Assembly (NCBI GenBank): GCA_951406725.2 | Contig: OX597816.1 | Location: 154,628,001-154,692,000, forward strand | Length of the DNA: 64,000 nucleotides | From: Octopus vulgaris | Lineage: Eukaryota | Direction of reading: 5' to 3' | Shown: positions 13,836 through 28,300 of the stretch, in pieces | How positions within the stretch are numbered: position 1 is the stretch's first letter | Layout: every line of letters begins with the position of its first letter | Notes under the pieces: model-generated | Seen by the model: only the letters and a program-made list of their open reading frames with translations | What the model was told of the DNA's origin: nothing | Database searches by the model: none | Position numbers and translations under genes: made by a program

Positions 13836-16800
13836 CTGAAATAACAAAAGTGTTGATGGTTAAGGAAAATAGTTATAAGAAAAGAATAAAAGAATGCTTT
13901 CATATGTGATGATGATACGATGATGATGGTGAAGAAGAAGATGATGATGATGAAAAACATGAAAATAAAACTTGAATTCTAAACACACACACAAGCGCAT
14001 AGATACTAACTCACAGATTATTGAGAATAAAATGATACTCGTGGTATCAACCATCATCACAGCACTACTCCAGAACGGGACACCAGTCAGCCTCATTTTT
14101 GCTAATTTACAGCTGGGCGAAATGGAACAATGTGAAATTAAGTGTTTTGCACAAGAACACAACGCACTAGTCATGATCTTGCGTGTAACACCCGAACTAC
14201 TAAGTCAAGCGGCAGTACTTTAGTGGTCATTCGATCTGCTATAAAAAACCACGAAATGCTCGTCAAAGCACACTGAATGGATAATGTAATCCGGCGTACA
14301 TTATTCCTGACACGATGATCATGGCTTGAATGTCTTTGATCATAAACCTGCTTGGTCAGGAGTGACTGGAAGGGGTAAGGCGGGTTTTGGCAACTGGGTG
14401 AGAAATTATTAGTTGTAATAATCATAAGCAACTAAGTACAAAGGCTTAATATTTGAGAGGGAGAGAGAGGGGGAGAGATAGAGATAGAGAAAGGGGTGGG
14501 TAAATGGGAAGATGTGTGTATCATTCAACGGCTTAAGGTAGGTAAATAAAATGAAATGATACAACGTTGATAAGGTTTTATAAATGTATAAATGTACTCA
14601 CACAGAAGGGAAAAGAAGCCGTAGGCCACTTGGTCAGTGATTATCTCGTAACTTAATTGCTTGTAGAAAAACGCAATTTCAAGGATGTTCTCACTAAAAT
14701 ATAAAATAATAATATCATCATCATCATCATCATCATCAACAGTCTTCTCTTCTCCCTTTCCTCAACCACGTCTTCATCGTCATTGTTATCATAATTATCA
14801 TTCTCAACCTCCTCCTCTTCATCTTGCTGAGTTTTACGAGCCTACGAGGGAGCTTGTAAGTAGTCGCTCGACCTGCTTGAAATAGATAATCTGTTTCAGA
14901 TATCTTACCGCGGTCAACGAAGAAGAGTGCATTGGATGATGTAACCCTAGATACATTGTGTTCGAAAGAAACGACGGGATAACCACGACAGCTAGACATG
15001 CCTTTGATCATTGGTTAGTTCAAACAGAGCTGACTTGGAGCTAAAGATCACCCAGAATAACTCCAAGATGAAAGCTTTATCATCAAAATTATAAAAAAAT
15101 TACAAGCATAGAGAATACTCAACTGAATTTATAAAGGCCTGAAATCGTAAGTATGATAAAAAGAAATGCAGATGAAATAATCATTCACTATAAAGCTGGT
15201 CATGACCATTTTCTGTGTTCCCAAATCTCTTAGGAAGATAAGAGGAAATTTTTGCTCAGATAGGAGACCTGGTCTGAATGCTTGCAATAGAGTGAACACT
15301 GTTAAATGTAATAATGGGCTAGGTGGTGGTATTAATCGAGAGACAGATTAAGTTTACTAAATGTAAATGACTTGCATCTAAAACAACAGAATAATAAGCA
15401 CTATACTGATCTTATCTTTCTGAGTAAGCGACATTGTGAAAAAGTTATGCTAGACAGAACATATTTTATAGAAAGAGCACTGGGAAACTTAATCAATTCA
15501 CATTGTTTAATTATTATGATTAAAGGTTGACTGAATTCATAAATTACACTGGGCAAAAAAAAAAACCGAAAAAAAGAAAATTCTTGCTATTTAAACTTTT
15601 TCAGCTGATTTAGAATAATTTTAGGGTGCTGGATCCAAATCTAACATCAGTTTTCAGACAGAACGAGTAGTTTTTTTTAGTCATTCACAGCATCAGCTTT
15701 TCCAACCAAATGCTAATATTGACAAAGTAATAGGCTATTTGCTTTCGATTTTCATTCATATACTCATTACTGAAACAAAAATAAGTGCTGATAGAGGGTA
15801 AGGTATTTATTTTACTTTGTTATCGCTGTAATTATAGTAAAGTTCTCCTCACAGTAGGCTATTAATATTAGGTTATAGTAAGACACCCAGACTCCTTTTT
15901 CTTGATAACTGCTAGTGCTGTTAAAACCAAGTACATCAAATAAAAGAGACAGGTTATATAAAAAGTAGTTTAGTTATTTATTAAAGTGATTAATGTTTGA
16001 AATTTAGAGATGGAAAAAATTGTTTCGTGATAGCCATAGCTTCAGTACATTCTATAATAATTTTAAGGATTTTTTGAGAAATATATTTTGATGTTTTACA
16101 GTAATATTTACAGTTGATTAATTTTATATTTTAGTTTACTGACAGGCTTCCTTGAGTGTTGATTTAGGTTATTACTGTATGTATTTATGATGAACAGAAA
16201 AGTTTGTGTTAATCATCCGGACACCTTTTGTTACGTGTGGGGAAAATTTATGCCAAAAGATCAGAGAAATAAGCTTACAAATAAATTTTAAAATGCTTAC
16301 AAGCTTTACTTTGGGTGCAAAGTTGGGGATCAAGATAAACTGTGGGCGCCTCATGTTTGTTGCAAAAACTGCTACATAGCACTAACCCAATGGATGAATG
16401 GCAAACGGAAAAGTATGCCATTTGCAGTACCAATGATATGTCGTGAACCAACAAACCAATGGAATCTTTTACACGATGGTGTAAAATGCTCATATTTTCG
16501 AAAACAGCATACAGAAATGTATGAATTTTTTACGGAGAAAGATGGCATTTATTTTTGTTGTGATGTTGAAGGACTCCTACGTGAGATGGGGTACGGACAT
16601 AATCCTGCTTTGCTGGAGATTCCAGCAAAGCAAGCCTAAAAGCTGTTTTGCTGCATAATGGCAATCAAAAACCTTCAATGCCATTAGCACATGCTGTAGG
16701 ATTAAAGGAAACTTATTAATCAATGGATAAAATTTTGAACTTGATTAAATATTCTGAGCACGAGTGGAATATATGCAGGGACTTGAAAGTTATTGGTTTA

Positions 16801-19800
16801 CTTCTTGGGTTGCAAATAGGGTATACAAAGCATCAGTGATTTTTGTGCCTTTGGAACACCAGAGATGTCAAGCATCACTATGATCAAAAGGGTGGCCAAA
16901 GAGAAGTGATTTCGCTCTAGGGAGATACAACGTTAAATATATCCCTTTAGTTGATCCTCAGAAAATTTACCCTCCTGTCTTAAACTTGGCTTGTTTAAGA
17001 ATTTTGTTAAGGCCATGAATGAAGACGGTGAAGGATCCAAATGACTCTGAAACGTTTGTAGCAAGAGCGAAGCTAAGATCAAAGCTGGTGTTTTTAATGG
17101 ACCAGAAATTCGCACACTAATTTGTGATGCGATTTTCAAGAAAAATTAAGCCCGGCAGAGAAAACTGCCTGGGAAAAGTTTGTTTCTCTTGTAAAATGTT
17201 TTTTGGGAAATGAAATATCATCTAACTACGTTGCAATTGTGAATAATTTTTGAAAGCTTATAAGAAACTTGGGGCAAGAATGTCTCTAAAAATTCATTTT
17301 TTCCACTCTCATCTTGACTTTTTTCTACCCAATATGGGTGATGTAAGCGATGAGCATGGTGAGCGATTCCATCAAGTAATCAAAGAGCTAGAAAAGCGCT
17401 ATAGTGGCAGACTTACATCAAACATGCTGACGGACTATTGCTGGTTTTTAAAACGAGAAGCGGAATGCAACTTAAACGTAAAAGAAAACGCCAAAGCTAT
17501 TTTTGAAAAACATAAAACTAATAATATTCACATTACACTTTTGTTTTGTGTTGTATTGGCTTTAGAGCTACTTGTCCACCTTGTTGCTATTGTTCTTATA
17601 CCAAATAATGGTAATTTACGCTTAACATAACATTCATTTTATTTGTTATGAATTTTCACATTATTGTAATTTTGATAACAGTATAATAATAATGATAGCG
17701 CAAAAACGTCACGTGCTAAAACCAAAATAATTACAGATTCGGAATCAGCGCTCCCAAATTACCTATGAGCATCATTTCGTCTAATAACAGCAAAAATTTT
17801 GTTGCCTAGTGTTATCAGCTAATACTGATCGAAAAACTTTTAATCTTTGCATTGTGTGACACGCCCTCTACATTCTGTAATCTATTGAGTCTGTAGAGAA
17901 AAGAAAATCTTATTCCCTTCCAACAGAGTGAAAATAGATATAAAAGGGTAGAGGCATTGCTTTATTCTTGTGGAGCTTAATCCTCCTCTAAAAATAATAA
18001 GAATAATATAACATTACCGGTTAGTAAATTAATGAAGGTCGGGCAATTCGGCTTTGTTTATTGCACACATTTCTGCGAGACAGACTCAATGTACATTGAA
18101 CTAGCATTGTTAACTGACTAAAAGGTTAGTGGATAAAAAATCCAAATAATTACAACATCAATAGAATAAATAAATTACCTTACAAATAAATCGTTTATTG
18201 TGTTTCTTTCTTTAAATTTAGTTACATATTCTTTTACGGTTTTGTGCCAGAAAAAATAATCGCGGTCTATGGTGCCAAACAGTTTTGCCATATTGCTACC
18301 TTCCCGATAGCCAGCATACTTGTCTTGAAGTTCTGCAGTTACATTTTCCAAAGGAAGCGAGAATTTCGTATAATTAGCATATTCATAATAAGCGTAGGAA
18401 TCACGGTCTTGAATGATATATTGCCAGAGCAATGCAACACTTTCGTTGAGTTTAGTCCAGCTGTGATGGAGCAAAGAACTACGTTCACGCAGTTCTTCCA
18501 TAAATATTTCCAGGTTTATCATATTCAAAACGTGGTTAGGAGAATGCAATATGGCTGCCAAAGATATTTTCGTTACTGATGTGTTCGTCAAGTATTTAAT
18601 GATATCCGAAGAGACAGCGAAAACATTTTGTGATGACGTAAGATTTAGATGTTTTTGTTCAATTTGGAGACTGGTCAAAGAATTGTTCATATCGTTAATA
18701 ATTTTCCGGATGTTATTCATAGAAGTTTGTAATTTAGCTGCTTTTGATTTGATAATTCCAAGAGCATATTTTGTAGTAAAACTATTGAAAATACTTTTTA
18801 TGGAATTAAATATCTTGGACATTTGAGTAAATTTGTTTGAGACCTTCGTAAATTTTGTCAAATTAAATCCAGAATCTCTTGTATCCAACATATCAGAGAA
18901 AATGTACAAACATTCTTTTAAACTAGTTACTGTATTATTAAATTTAATGCTATAATTCGTTTTTGATTGGTTTAATCTGCTGGTTAGTAACCGCTTAGGA
19001 ACAGCATAAAAGTTATGACTTCTCGGTACATTAAAATATCTATAACGAAATATACCTACTCCGCTTTTTAACGACTCATAATATTGTGTAAAGTTGTCTT
19101 CCGCCTTTTCGATCATGTTCAATTTGGAGTTAATAGTCATTTTAATACTATGGATTAACATTTCAGAAGCTCGTTGGTTTCCAGAGCTGTTTATAAATTG
19201 ATCCAGTTTCAAAAACATATTTTCCAGTGTATAAACGTAATTATAAAAATCAAAACTGACGTGGTGGAACGTCCGTTCAGCTATGGCTTCCCACGGCCGC
19301 TCAAAGTTCTTGTCTATTAAGTACTTCTGATAATTAATCAGGAACAGTTTTGAAGCATACACTTTCTCCATTTTCTTGGAAATATTTTGAAGAATGGCTA
19401 AATTAATTTTAATTGTCATTTCAAGTTTTTCCAGCATCACCGTTCGAAAGGCTACATTTGATGCATTGAGATTTAGGAGCATATTTCGAAATTCAGAGAC
19501 TGATCTAGAGTCCATTCTGTGCTTCACTTCTTTAGCATTTATAAGCTTCTGCTTCACGTCAGCCATACGTGGATCCATAATCAATTTACTAACTTTATTT
19601 TCCGAATGTGCGGTATATGAAATTGAAGGATCGAATAGAAGCATGTTACACGGCAAAGGACAATCGCAATTTAATCGAAAGGAGTAGAATTTGTCTGAAA
19701 ATGGAAATGAAAACTATAAAATATCAGTCAGCATATATTTGAGATAAAAGACGAAATAGTAGATATGACTAACGCATACACTCTTTCGGCAAGCATACAT

Positions 19801-19926
19801 TTCTCTAAATATGGACATAGAGACATCCGTCCATACACACATGTATGCACATACGTATCTACTATATATTATGATTGTTAGTGTGTAAATTTGTGTAAGA
19901 CATACAACTGGGCGAAATATGGTTGG

Positions 19927-20012
<86 letters not shown>

Positions 20013-21158
20013 AATTGAATCAGTGGGACAGAAAAAGATATAGTTGCAGAAAGAAAAAATGAGATTGGGGTCAGACAAATTATTCCGAGCTTCGTAGGTT
20101 CACTATCCACACACACATATGTGTGTGTGTGTGTGTGTGTGTATGTCTGTGCACGTGCATCAAGCTACGTGTATGTACGGGTGTATGCATCTGTGTGCGT
20201 GGATGGTAGTGGTGATGATGCGTGTGTATATGTGTGTGTGAGAGCGTGTGTGCATACATTCGTATATTTATTAATGGATACATTTGTTATGCGCGTTATA
20301 GTGGACAGACAGATACCTAAAATCTCACATATGCTATGGTGCCAACTGTGACGATAACCATAACAATAGGATATCAATAAAAATAGCAAACGTCATAGAC
20401 TATGTCGACCTGCTGTACTACACAGATTAAACGGATAAATTGCATTAGAGAGGTCTTGTCATATTGTTAGGATCACAAAGTGAGGTTACACTCTTAGATA
20501 ATACCTATCACAAAATGATAATAACAACGGTTTCCAATTTCGGCACAAGGCTAGCAATTTTAGTGGAAGGAGTCTAGTCAATCACATCGACCCCTGTACT
20601 CAACTTATACTTATTTTATCGACCCTGAAAGGATTAAAGGTGAAGTCGATCTCGACAGAATTTGAACACAAACATTTTTGCTTATGGACCCCTAGATTCC
20701 TATTTTATTCTATTGGATCCCCATAGCCATTTGTTGTTTTAAAAAATCCTACTATATTTCTATAATGAAATATAAAGAATTGTAAGAAGAAAAAAAATGT
20801 TAAAATATTCTGTGTATTGTAAAAGTGTACCCAATTCATTGCACGTAAATTTTAACAATGAAATCTTATGCGGACCCTCATGGGCCATGTGGACCCTGGT
20901 TGAGAACTACTGGTTAGAACGGATGAAATACTACTAAGCACTTTCCCCGGCGTGCTAACGGTTCTGCCAACTCACCGCCTTAACAACAACTACAAAAACA
21001 ATAAATTATAAACAATAATAATAATAATCCTTTCTACTGGAAACTCAAGGTCTCAAATTTTTTGTGGGGAGGGCACTAGTTAATTACATCGACCCCAGTA
21101 CTCAACTGGTACTTAATTTATGACCCCGAAAAGATGAAAGGCAAAGTCAACCTCGACG

Positions 21159-21192
<34 letters not shown>

Positions 21193-23884
21193 TTCATTAA
21201 AGCAGTAAATACATGGGCTGTATCCTTTTTGAAATGGACAATGGTCGAGCTAGAGAACTTGGGCAGAAGAAGTAGAAAGCTGGTAATAATGAACAACGCA
21301 TACCCCTCTAAAAGTAATATCGAGAGATTCTGCCTACCAAGAAAGGAAGCTGAGAATTACTAAACACTGAATGCACTCTTGGTACCGAGATATTGGGTTT
21401 GAAAAGATATGATGTGCGGAGTGAAGAAAGAATGCTATCTGTGGCTGGAGATGCCCCCAAAGTTATTGAAACAGTTAGTGAATTCAAGGAGAGTAGGAAG
21501 AATTACAGAACAAGCAGATAGAAATAAATGGAATTCCATGGAAAGTAAAGAACGTTTGATCTAGCTGACAGATAGAAACCTGAAATGAGAGACTGAAAGG
21601 CTAACTACAGCTGCTCAGGAACAAGCTATTAGGACGAATCTGATAAAGGCAAGAATTGACAGAACCCACTCAGCAAATGTAGAATCTGCAGGAAAGGAGA
21701 CGTTAGTATCAATCATCTCTTGAGCGAGTACAGTTAGCTAGCACAAAAGAGTATAAGCACAGACATGGCTGTGAAAGTAATAGAATGCATTGGGATGTTA
21801 GCCTAGTGTGTGGTTTCGAAATAACTGGAAAGTGACATATATACGAACCGGAGGCTGTCACAGAGAATGAAAATTACAGGATCTTCCTCATAAGATTGAC
21901 CACACTATTGAAGCAAGAAGATCAGATTTGATAATATAGGATAATATGAACAAACAGTGTAAGATGTTAGTGTTTGCTATTTCCTACCACAGATTCCATA
22001 CCAAAGAAATTGAAAAAAATGGAAAATATCAGGATCTAACCAGAGAACTGAAAAAACTGTGGAAGACCATAATTATTCCTGCAGTAGAAGGTGCATTTGG
22101 CATAACACCTAAAGTGCTACCTAAAAGACTAAAGATATTGGAATCGAGACTCGCATTGTCGATTTGCAGGAAAGTACAATCCAAAATTCTGCAAGAATAG
22201 TAAGAAAGATTCTTGAGGTTTGAAACCACTTGTTGTGAGTGTCTGTCTGTCTACCTGCCCGCCTGCCCACCTGTTTTTCTACCTGCCTGCTGTCTATTTG
22301 TCTACTTGCTTGTCTGTCTGTCTAAATACCTGCCAGTCTCTGTTATTTAATGTAACTTAAGCCAGTACTAAAGCTCATATTGTTTATTATTCTGTTCCTA
22401 TATTTTTGATAACACGCCATTTTTGTTATGACAGTTTCTCGCACTGCTACAAACTACAATTAACTTCACCGACGCCTTACCCGTAATCAAAAATACGATC
22501 ATGTGTGTGTGTATGTGTGTGTGTGTGTATGAGTGATGGCAGTCGATATCCAATCAAACCACGGAAGCTATATTTTATTGGCCTGCCAATATATATATAT
22601 ATGTATATAATTGTATTTCGGGAGGGTCATTATGCCAATACAACAAAATTTGTTTCAGCAAACGTGTTCACATAAGAATCTTGGACACAGACACACGCTA
22701 TCATATATATTTACTTTTATGATAGATACATGGCTGTATGTTTACGGAAATTAGATTCTACTAGCTGATACACAACTCTGTGCGATAGTCATACGCATAA
22801 ACATAAATGAGTCTTAAAGCACTCAAAGCAACGATTTATATATTCTTACAATGGAGGATGTATACACACAACAGTCACAAACAGACATGTAAAAACACAC
22901 GTACATATATGCACGTAAGCAAATGCATACACAGTTATATTTATATTGATTAATGTAATTACGTAATGCCTATATGTATGTATATATGTATGATGTGCAT
23001 GTGTGGTGTGTATGTGTGCATGTATAAGTGTTCCACGTTAGGTAGCTGAAATTTTGCATTGCGGTACATCTTTTCCAGAAGACACTAAGCAACTTTTTCT
23101 GAAGAAAAAAAAGGAAAAAAAAAGAAAAGAAAAATTAATGCCAGTGTGAAAAAAAAAGAAGAAAATTAGTTTATTAGTAATGAAGAATGTTATTCACTGA
23201 TTAGAATAACAATTCATTTAGAACAGTTATGCAAATTTCTACAGAGTTTTAAACAAAACATATTTATGAAGAAAAAAATGTGAGATGAAAATTTTATTTT
23301 GCGTTCTAAAAATTACCCTCTGTTATTATTTTGTGCATTATTACATACAAACTTCTGAAATTGTTTGGATTCAGATTTTCAGGGAATTAACATTGACGGG
23401 CCACATAAAGACTGTCAGTATACTTTAACAGTAATTTGTCCAAAATTAGTGAATTGACGTAATTATATATAATTCAGGTGCAATTAAATACATGCAAAAA
23501 GTGTATAGTGCCAATATAGTGTGTGTGTGAGTATATATATATATATATATATATAAAGTAGGTACTGTAAATTTAGAGTGAATACTTGATTAGTGTAAGC
23601 ACCTGTATATGCCAGATAGTGGTAGAAGTGAGAGAATATATCAAATATAAATCAAATATAAATATAAAATATAAGTATATATATAAAGGTTAGCTGTCAG
23701 AATCGTTAGCGCATCGGAGAATATGGTTAGTGGCCTTTCTTCCCACTCTTCACGTTCCGAGTTCAAATCCTACCGAGGTCACCTTTACCTTGCATCCTTT
23801 TGGGATTGATAGAATAATGTACCAGTTGGCGCAATAGACTTGCCCCTTCCTAAACATTTGCTTGCCCTGTGCCAAAATTAGAAA

Positions 23885-23927
<43 letters not shown>

Positions 23928-24627
23928 CCAATGAAATTCCAACTTAGTCTGATTTTCACGTTTTATTATTTGCAATTTTTACGTCGTTTAATCACGTTTA
24001 CGTGCTTTAAATTTGTGCTATAAATTGTTAGGTTGCAGTCTTTGTTAGTTTATATTCTTTAATTATTCCATATGTTTACAGTTAAACGTTAATTAGTCTT
24101 TAGGTTATTATTTTTCGTTTTATGTATTGGCAACGTGTGTTTTCAACTATGTTCAATAACTTTTACTCTATATCGCTTGTTCGTTTAATGTCCTATGAGA
24201 TATGTTTTATGATTCGTAGACATGCAATGTTCATTTTGATGATTTTACCCTGTTTTCAATATTTTATTATATAATTTTTCTGCTTCGTAGTTAAAGGTGT
24301 GTAACAATTTATATTTGAGATTTAATGTTTGTATTTGTAACAATGTGCAGGTGTAGAAGACAGCGTTTATGTTTTGAACGATGTTGATACTGCCAAATTA
24401 AATGGTACTGCCCAGGTGTCGAAACTATAATGATATATATTAGGCAGCTGAAGATGAATGTATACATTTGATGTACTTGTTGACTGTCAACATTATGTTT
24501 TCGTGATTCTAGGTTGTCTGTCATTGAAATTGAAGTTCTCGTACGATTAAACTTGTTTAGGGATTAGTGATTTTGTTGTATATATTACAGGGTTTTCTAG
24601 TTTATAGATATTTTGTGTGTGTGTATG

Positions 24628-24678
<51 letters not shown>

Positions 24679-25279
24679 GGAAAGTTTACGAAAATAAACA
24701 AAAGACGAAAGCAGGTGGTGTACAAACAAACAGATGTATTAGTATAGCACTCAGGAATAGAAAAAGTCTTTTACGTTTCGAGCCTACGCTCTTCTACAGA
24801 AAGATACACAGAAAAAGAACAAGGAGAGAAACAAGGAGAGAAAAAAAAGAGAGAAAAAAAAAGGAGAGAAAAAATATATAAACGATTCTACCAGCTCGCT
24901 GGCTGACATTTGGTAAGGAGTATTTGAACGAATTATCCATTAGGGTATCTGGGTAAATTTAATAGAAATAAGTTTGGTGAGTAGGTCAGTAAGGTTAACT
25001 AATTGGAGGTAGATTTATCTTTTTCGGGTTTTGTAAAATTTGTTTCGCGCGCGCACGCGTATGTGTGTGTGCGTGCGTGTGTATGCGAGTGTGTGTTTAT
25101 TAAAGGGATAGGTACGTACTGGATTGGAAGCAAATGCTGTAAATGAAGTTTCCAGAAGCTCTGTTCGAAATTATTTCTTAAGAGCATAGTCAGTGTGCTT
25201 TCAGTGTATGTGTGCTACACACACATACACGTTGTTCATACACACATACTGTATACTCCATCCAACCAACCATCTATAA

Positions 25280-25329
<50 letters not shown>

Positions 25330-28300
25330 GTGTGTATGTCTATAGGTGTTTGAATACATATAAATCCAATGGACAGTTGGGAAGATAGCTTCATTTTCTC
25401 AGACACATAAAATCGGATGTAGCTGAATCGAACCCCAAAGCGTATCTTTTATCTTTTACTTGTGTCAGTCATTGGACTGCAGCCCACGAAGGGCTTAGTA
25501 GAAGAAATCGACCCGATACTTATTAATTTTGTAAAGCCTGGTAATTATTCTATCGTTACATTTTGCCGAACCGTTAAGTAATGAGGGAATAAAGAAAACA
25601 CCAGTTGTCGAGTGGTGGTGGTGGATACACACACACACACACACATACACGACGAACCTCTTTCAGTTTTACATCTACTAAACCTACTCACAAGGCTTTG
25701 ATTGTCCCGGGGCTATAGTAGATTATATTTGCTCAAGGTGTCACGTAGTGGGACTGAACTTGGAACTATGTGTTTGGAAATCAAGCTTCTTGCCATACAT
25801 CCACATCAGGAAAAATAATGAAACTGGTAGGGTTATAGAACTGTAATTAGAGACAGCTAAGGAATATTTGAATTGACTTACCCCTTTGTGGGATGTAGCA
25901 GGTTATGAAACTAACCAGTGAACAAAGAGGTACTGAATCTGAAATAGAGTCATCAAAAATGGTGAGAGGATTAACTCAACAAACAAAATGTTATTAGACT
26001 ATTATTATTTTCAACGATACATACATTACATACATACATACGTACGTACGTATGTATTTATGTATTTATTTATATATACAAAATTATATGTATTTATTTA
26101 CATATGTATTTATGTATTTATTTATATATATAAAATTATATGTATTTATTTATATGTTCAAAATAAACGACGAGAATAAAAAACAGAAGATAAAGTGAAA
26201 ACAAGGTACCGTGAAATGGGGTTACTTTGAACAGAATATAGTATTTTATTTCGTCTTATTGCTTGTTACTAAAATGTCTTACAGAAGTGTTTAAATGTGG
26301 TGTTAAACTTTAGAATTACATTTCTATGATAGTATAATTTCAATACATAAAGTAAAATTTGTAAATATAACTTTGATTATCCACCCGAAGAAAGAATTTG
26401 TCTACTTCTTCAAATTCCAGCAAAACAAACATTTTTGCAATATATGAAAACTTTTGTCTGTAGCTAAAGCATTTCTTGCATAAAATATACGAGCTTTTGT
26501 TAAAATATAATGTTAATATAACTAGTTAAAAATTTTCTATTGAAGTGTTTTTATAACTTTGGTATCTTTGTAAAAACTTATATGACATGTTACCCCACTT
26601 TGCTTATCCAGCTGCTACTACGGTTCAAACTAATAGAAGTGCCAAATATAAGTTAAGTATTTAAGATTTTTAAATGTTTTCCCTATTTATGGACAATATT
26701 TCACCCTTAGAATTAATGAGGTGTAACCCCAAATTTATGATTTTTTTTTATTATCGCTTGATAACCAGAATCAGTTTTTCTTTCTGTTGCAAAGTTTATT
26801 TCTTTAAACCATAATCTGTTTTTTTTTAAGGGTCAACTTGTAGTTTGGATCGAGATTAACATTAACCAAATAGTTATGCCAAGAATTTATAATAGAAAAT
26901 CTGGCTCTCGAAGCTATAAATCCTACAGCCAAAAGAGTCTGGATAAAGCAGTGACAGATGTTAAAGCAAAGAAAATTATCCTTCGAAAAGTCAATGTTGT
27001 TTATAAAATTCCAGTCGGAACTCTGAGCCATAGACTGAACCATAAGCATAGGAGGCAACCTGGTCACCCTTCAGTGTTCAGAGAAAAAGAAGACGCAGCG
27101 TTTGTTGCTCACATTATAGCTGTTGCAGAATGGGAATTTCCATTTGATGCTATGGATTTGAGAGTGCTTACCCATAATTATATCACAGCTCAAGGTCGCA
27201 CAGTAACGCAATTTAAAATCAATTTTCCTTCAGCTGAATGGGCTAATTTATTTTTATAGCGAAAGAATTCCCAATTAGTATCACGCCTGTGCCAAAATAT
27301 CAAAAGTTCCAGAGCATGTTTAAGTGCTACAGAAGTATCCTCGTACTTCCAGCACTTAAAAGCGACTCTTATATTTGATGGAAAACTTATCTCTCCAAAT
27401 AACATATTCAACTATGACGAGACTAACTTGTCAGACGATCCGGGAGTGAAAAAAATGCTTGTTTAAACAGGGAGTCAAACATCCAGAAAGAATAAAAAAC
27501 ACTTCCAAAGCAGCAATATCAATTATGTATTGCGGCTCTGCATCGGACCAGTTAATGCCTTGCTATGTTGTTTACAAAGCGGAAAATTTATGGTCAACAG
27601 GAACTGAGAAAGCACCAAAAGGGACCCGGTTTAAGCGACGTAGTAGTGGATGGTTTGACGCATGTTGCTTTACCGACTGGTTCGAATCGTGTTTGCTCCA
27701 CAAGTCAAAGGAATTCCTGGAAGAAAAGTTGTTATTGGTGTTAACTTAAGCAGCCATTTTACAGAAAAGATGATGAAGCTTGCCAAAGAAAACAACATTG
27801 CTCTTGTATGCCTACCATCTGATTCCACACATATGCTTCAACCACTTGATGTGGCATTCTATGGGCCTCTTAAAAAAAGTTGGAGAAAAATCTTAAATGA
27901 TTGGAAGGCTTATGACAGGAAGAGCTCAAAGACCTTAAATAAAGATGCTTTTCCTGCTCTGCTCACACAGCTTCATGCTGATCTTTTTCATGACGGTGTC
28001 ACCCATAGCAGGTATCTAGAAAGTGGGTTCATGAAATGTGGAATTCACCCGTCACATCCAGACAAAGTTTTGGATCAGCTACCAGACCATGAAGTGAGCA
28101 AAGAAGACGATGAAGTGAGCAAAGAAGACGATGAAGTCATCAATGTAAGAGTTGAATATAAGTAAAAAAGCATTACTGTTCAAAGTAACCCCAAATCAGG
28201 CGTTACTTTGAACAGCGACAATTATATTAAAAAATAATCAAATATTGACTGCAATTTATTCGTCTTTCATATATCAGTTTACCTACTTATTCTCCCTAAC

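Noticed and set aside
18175-19656. The 493-aa ORF as a stand-alone single-exon gene
   Set aside because: It starts at a non-ATG codon inside the CDCPLPC motif and is bounded by splice sites whose phases join the flanking DEG/ENaC exons.
18244-19687. Plus-strand ORFs at 18244, 18551 and 19394
   Set aside because: Antisense shadows of the large channel exon.
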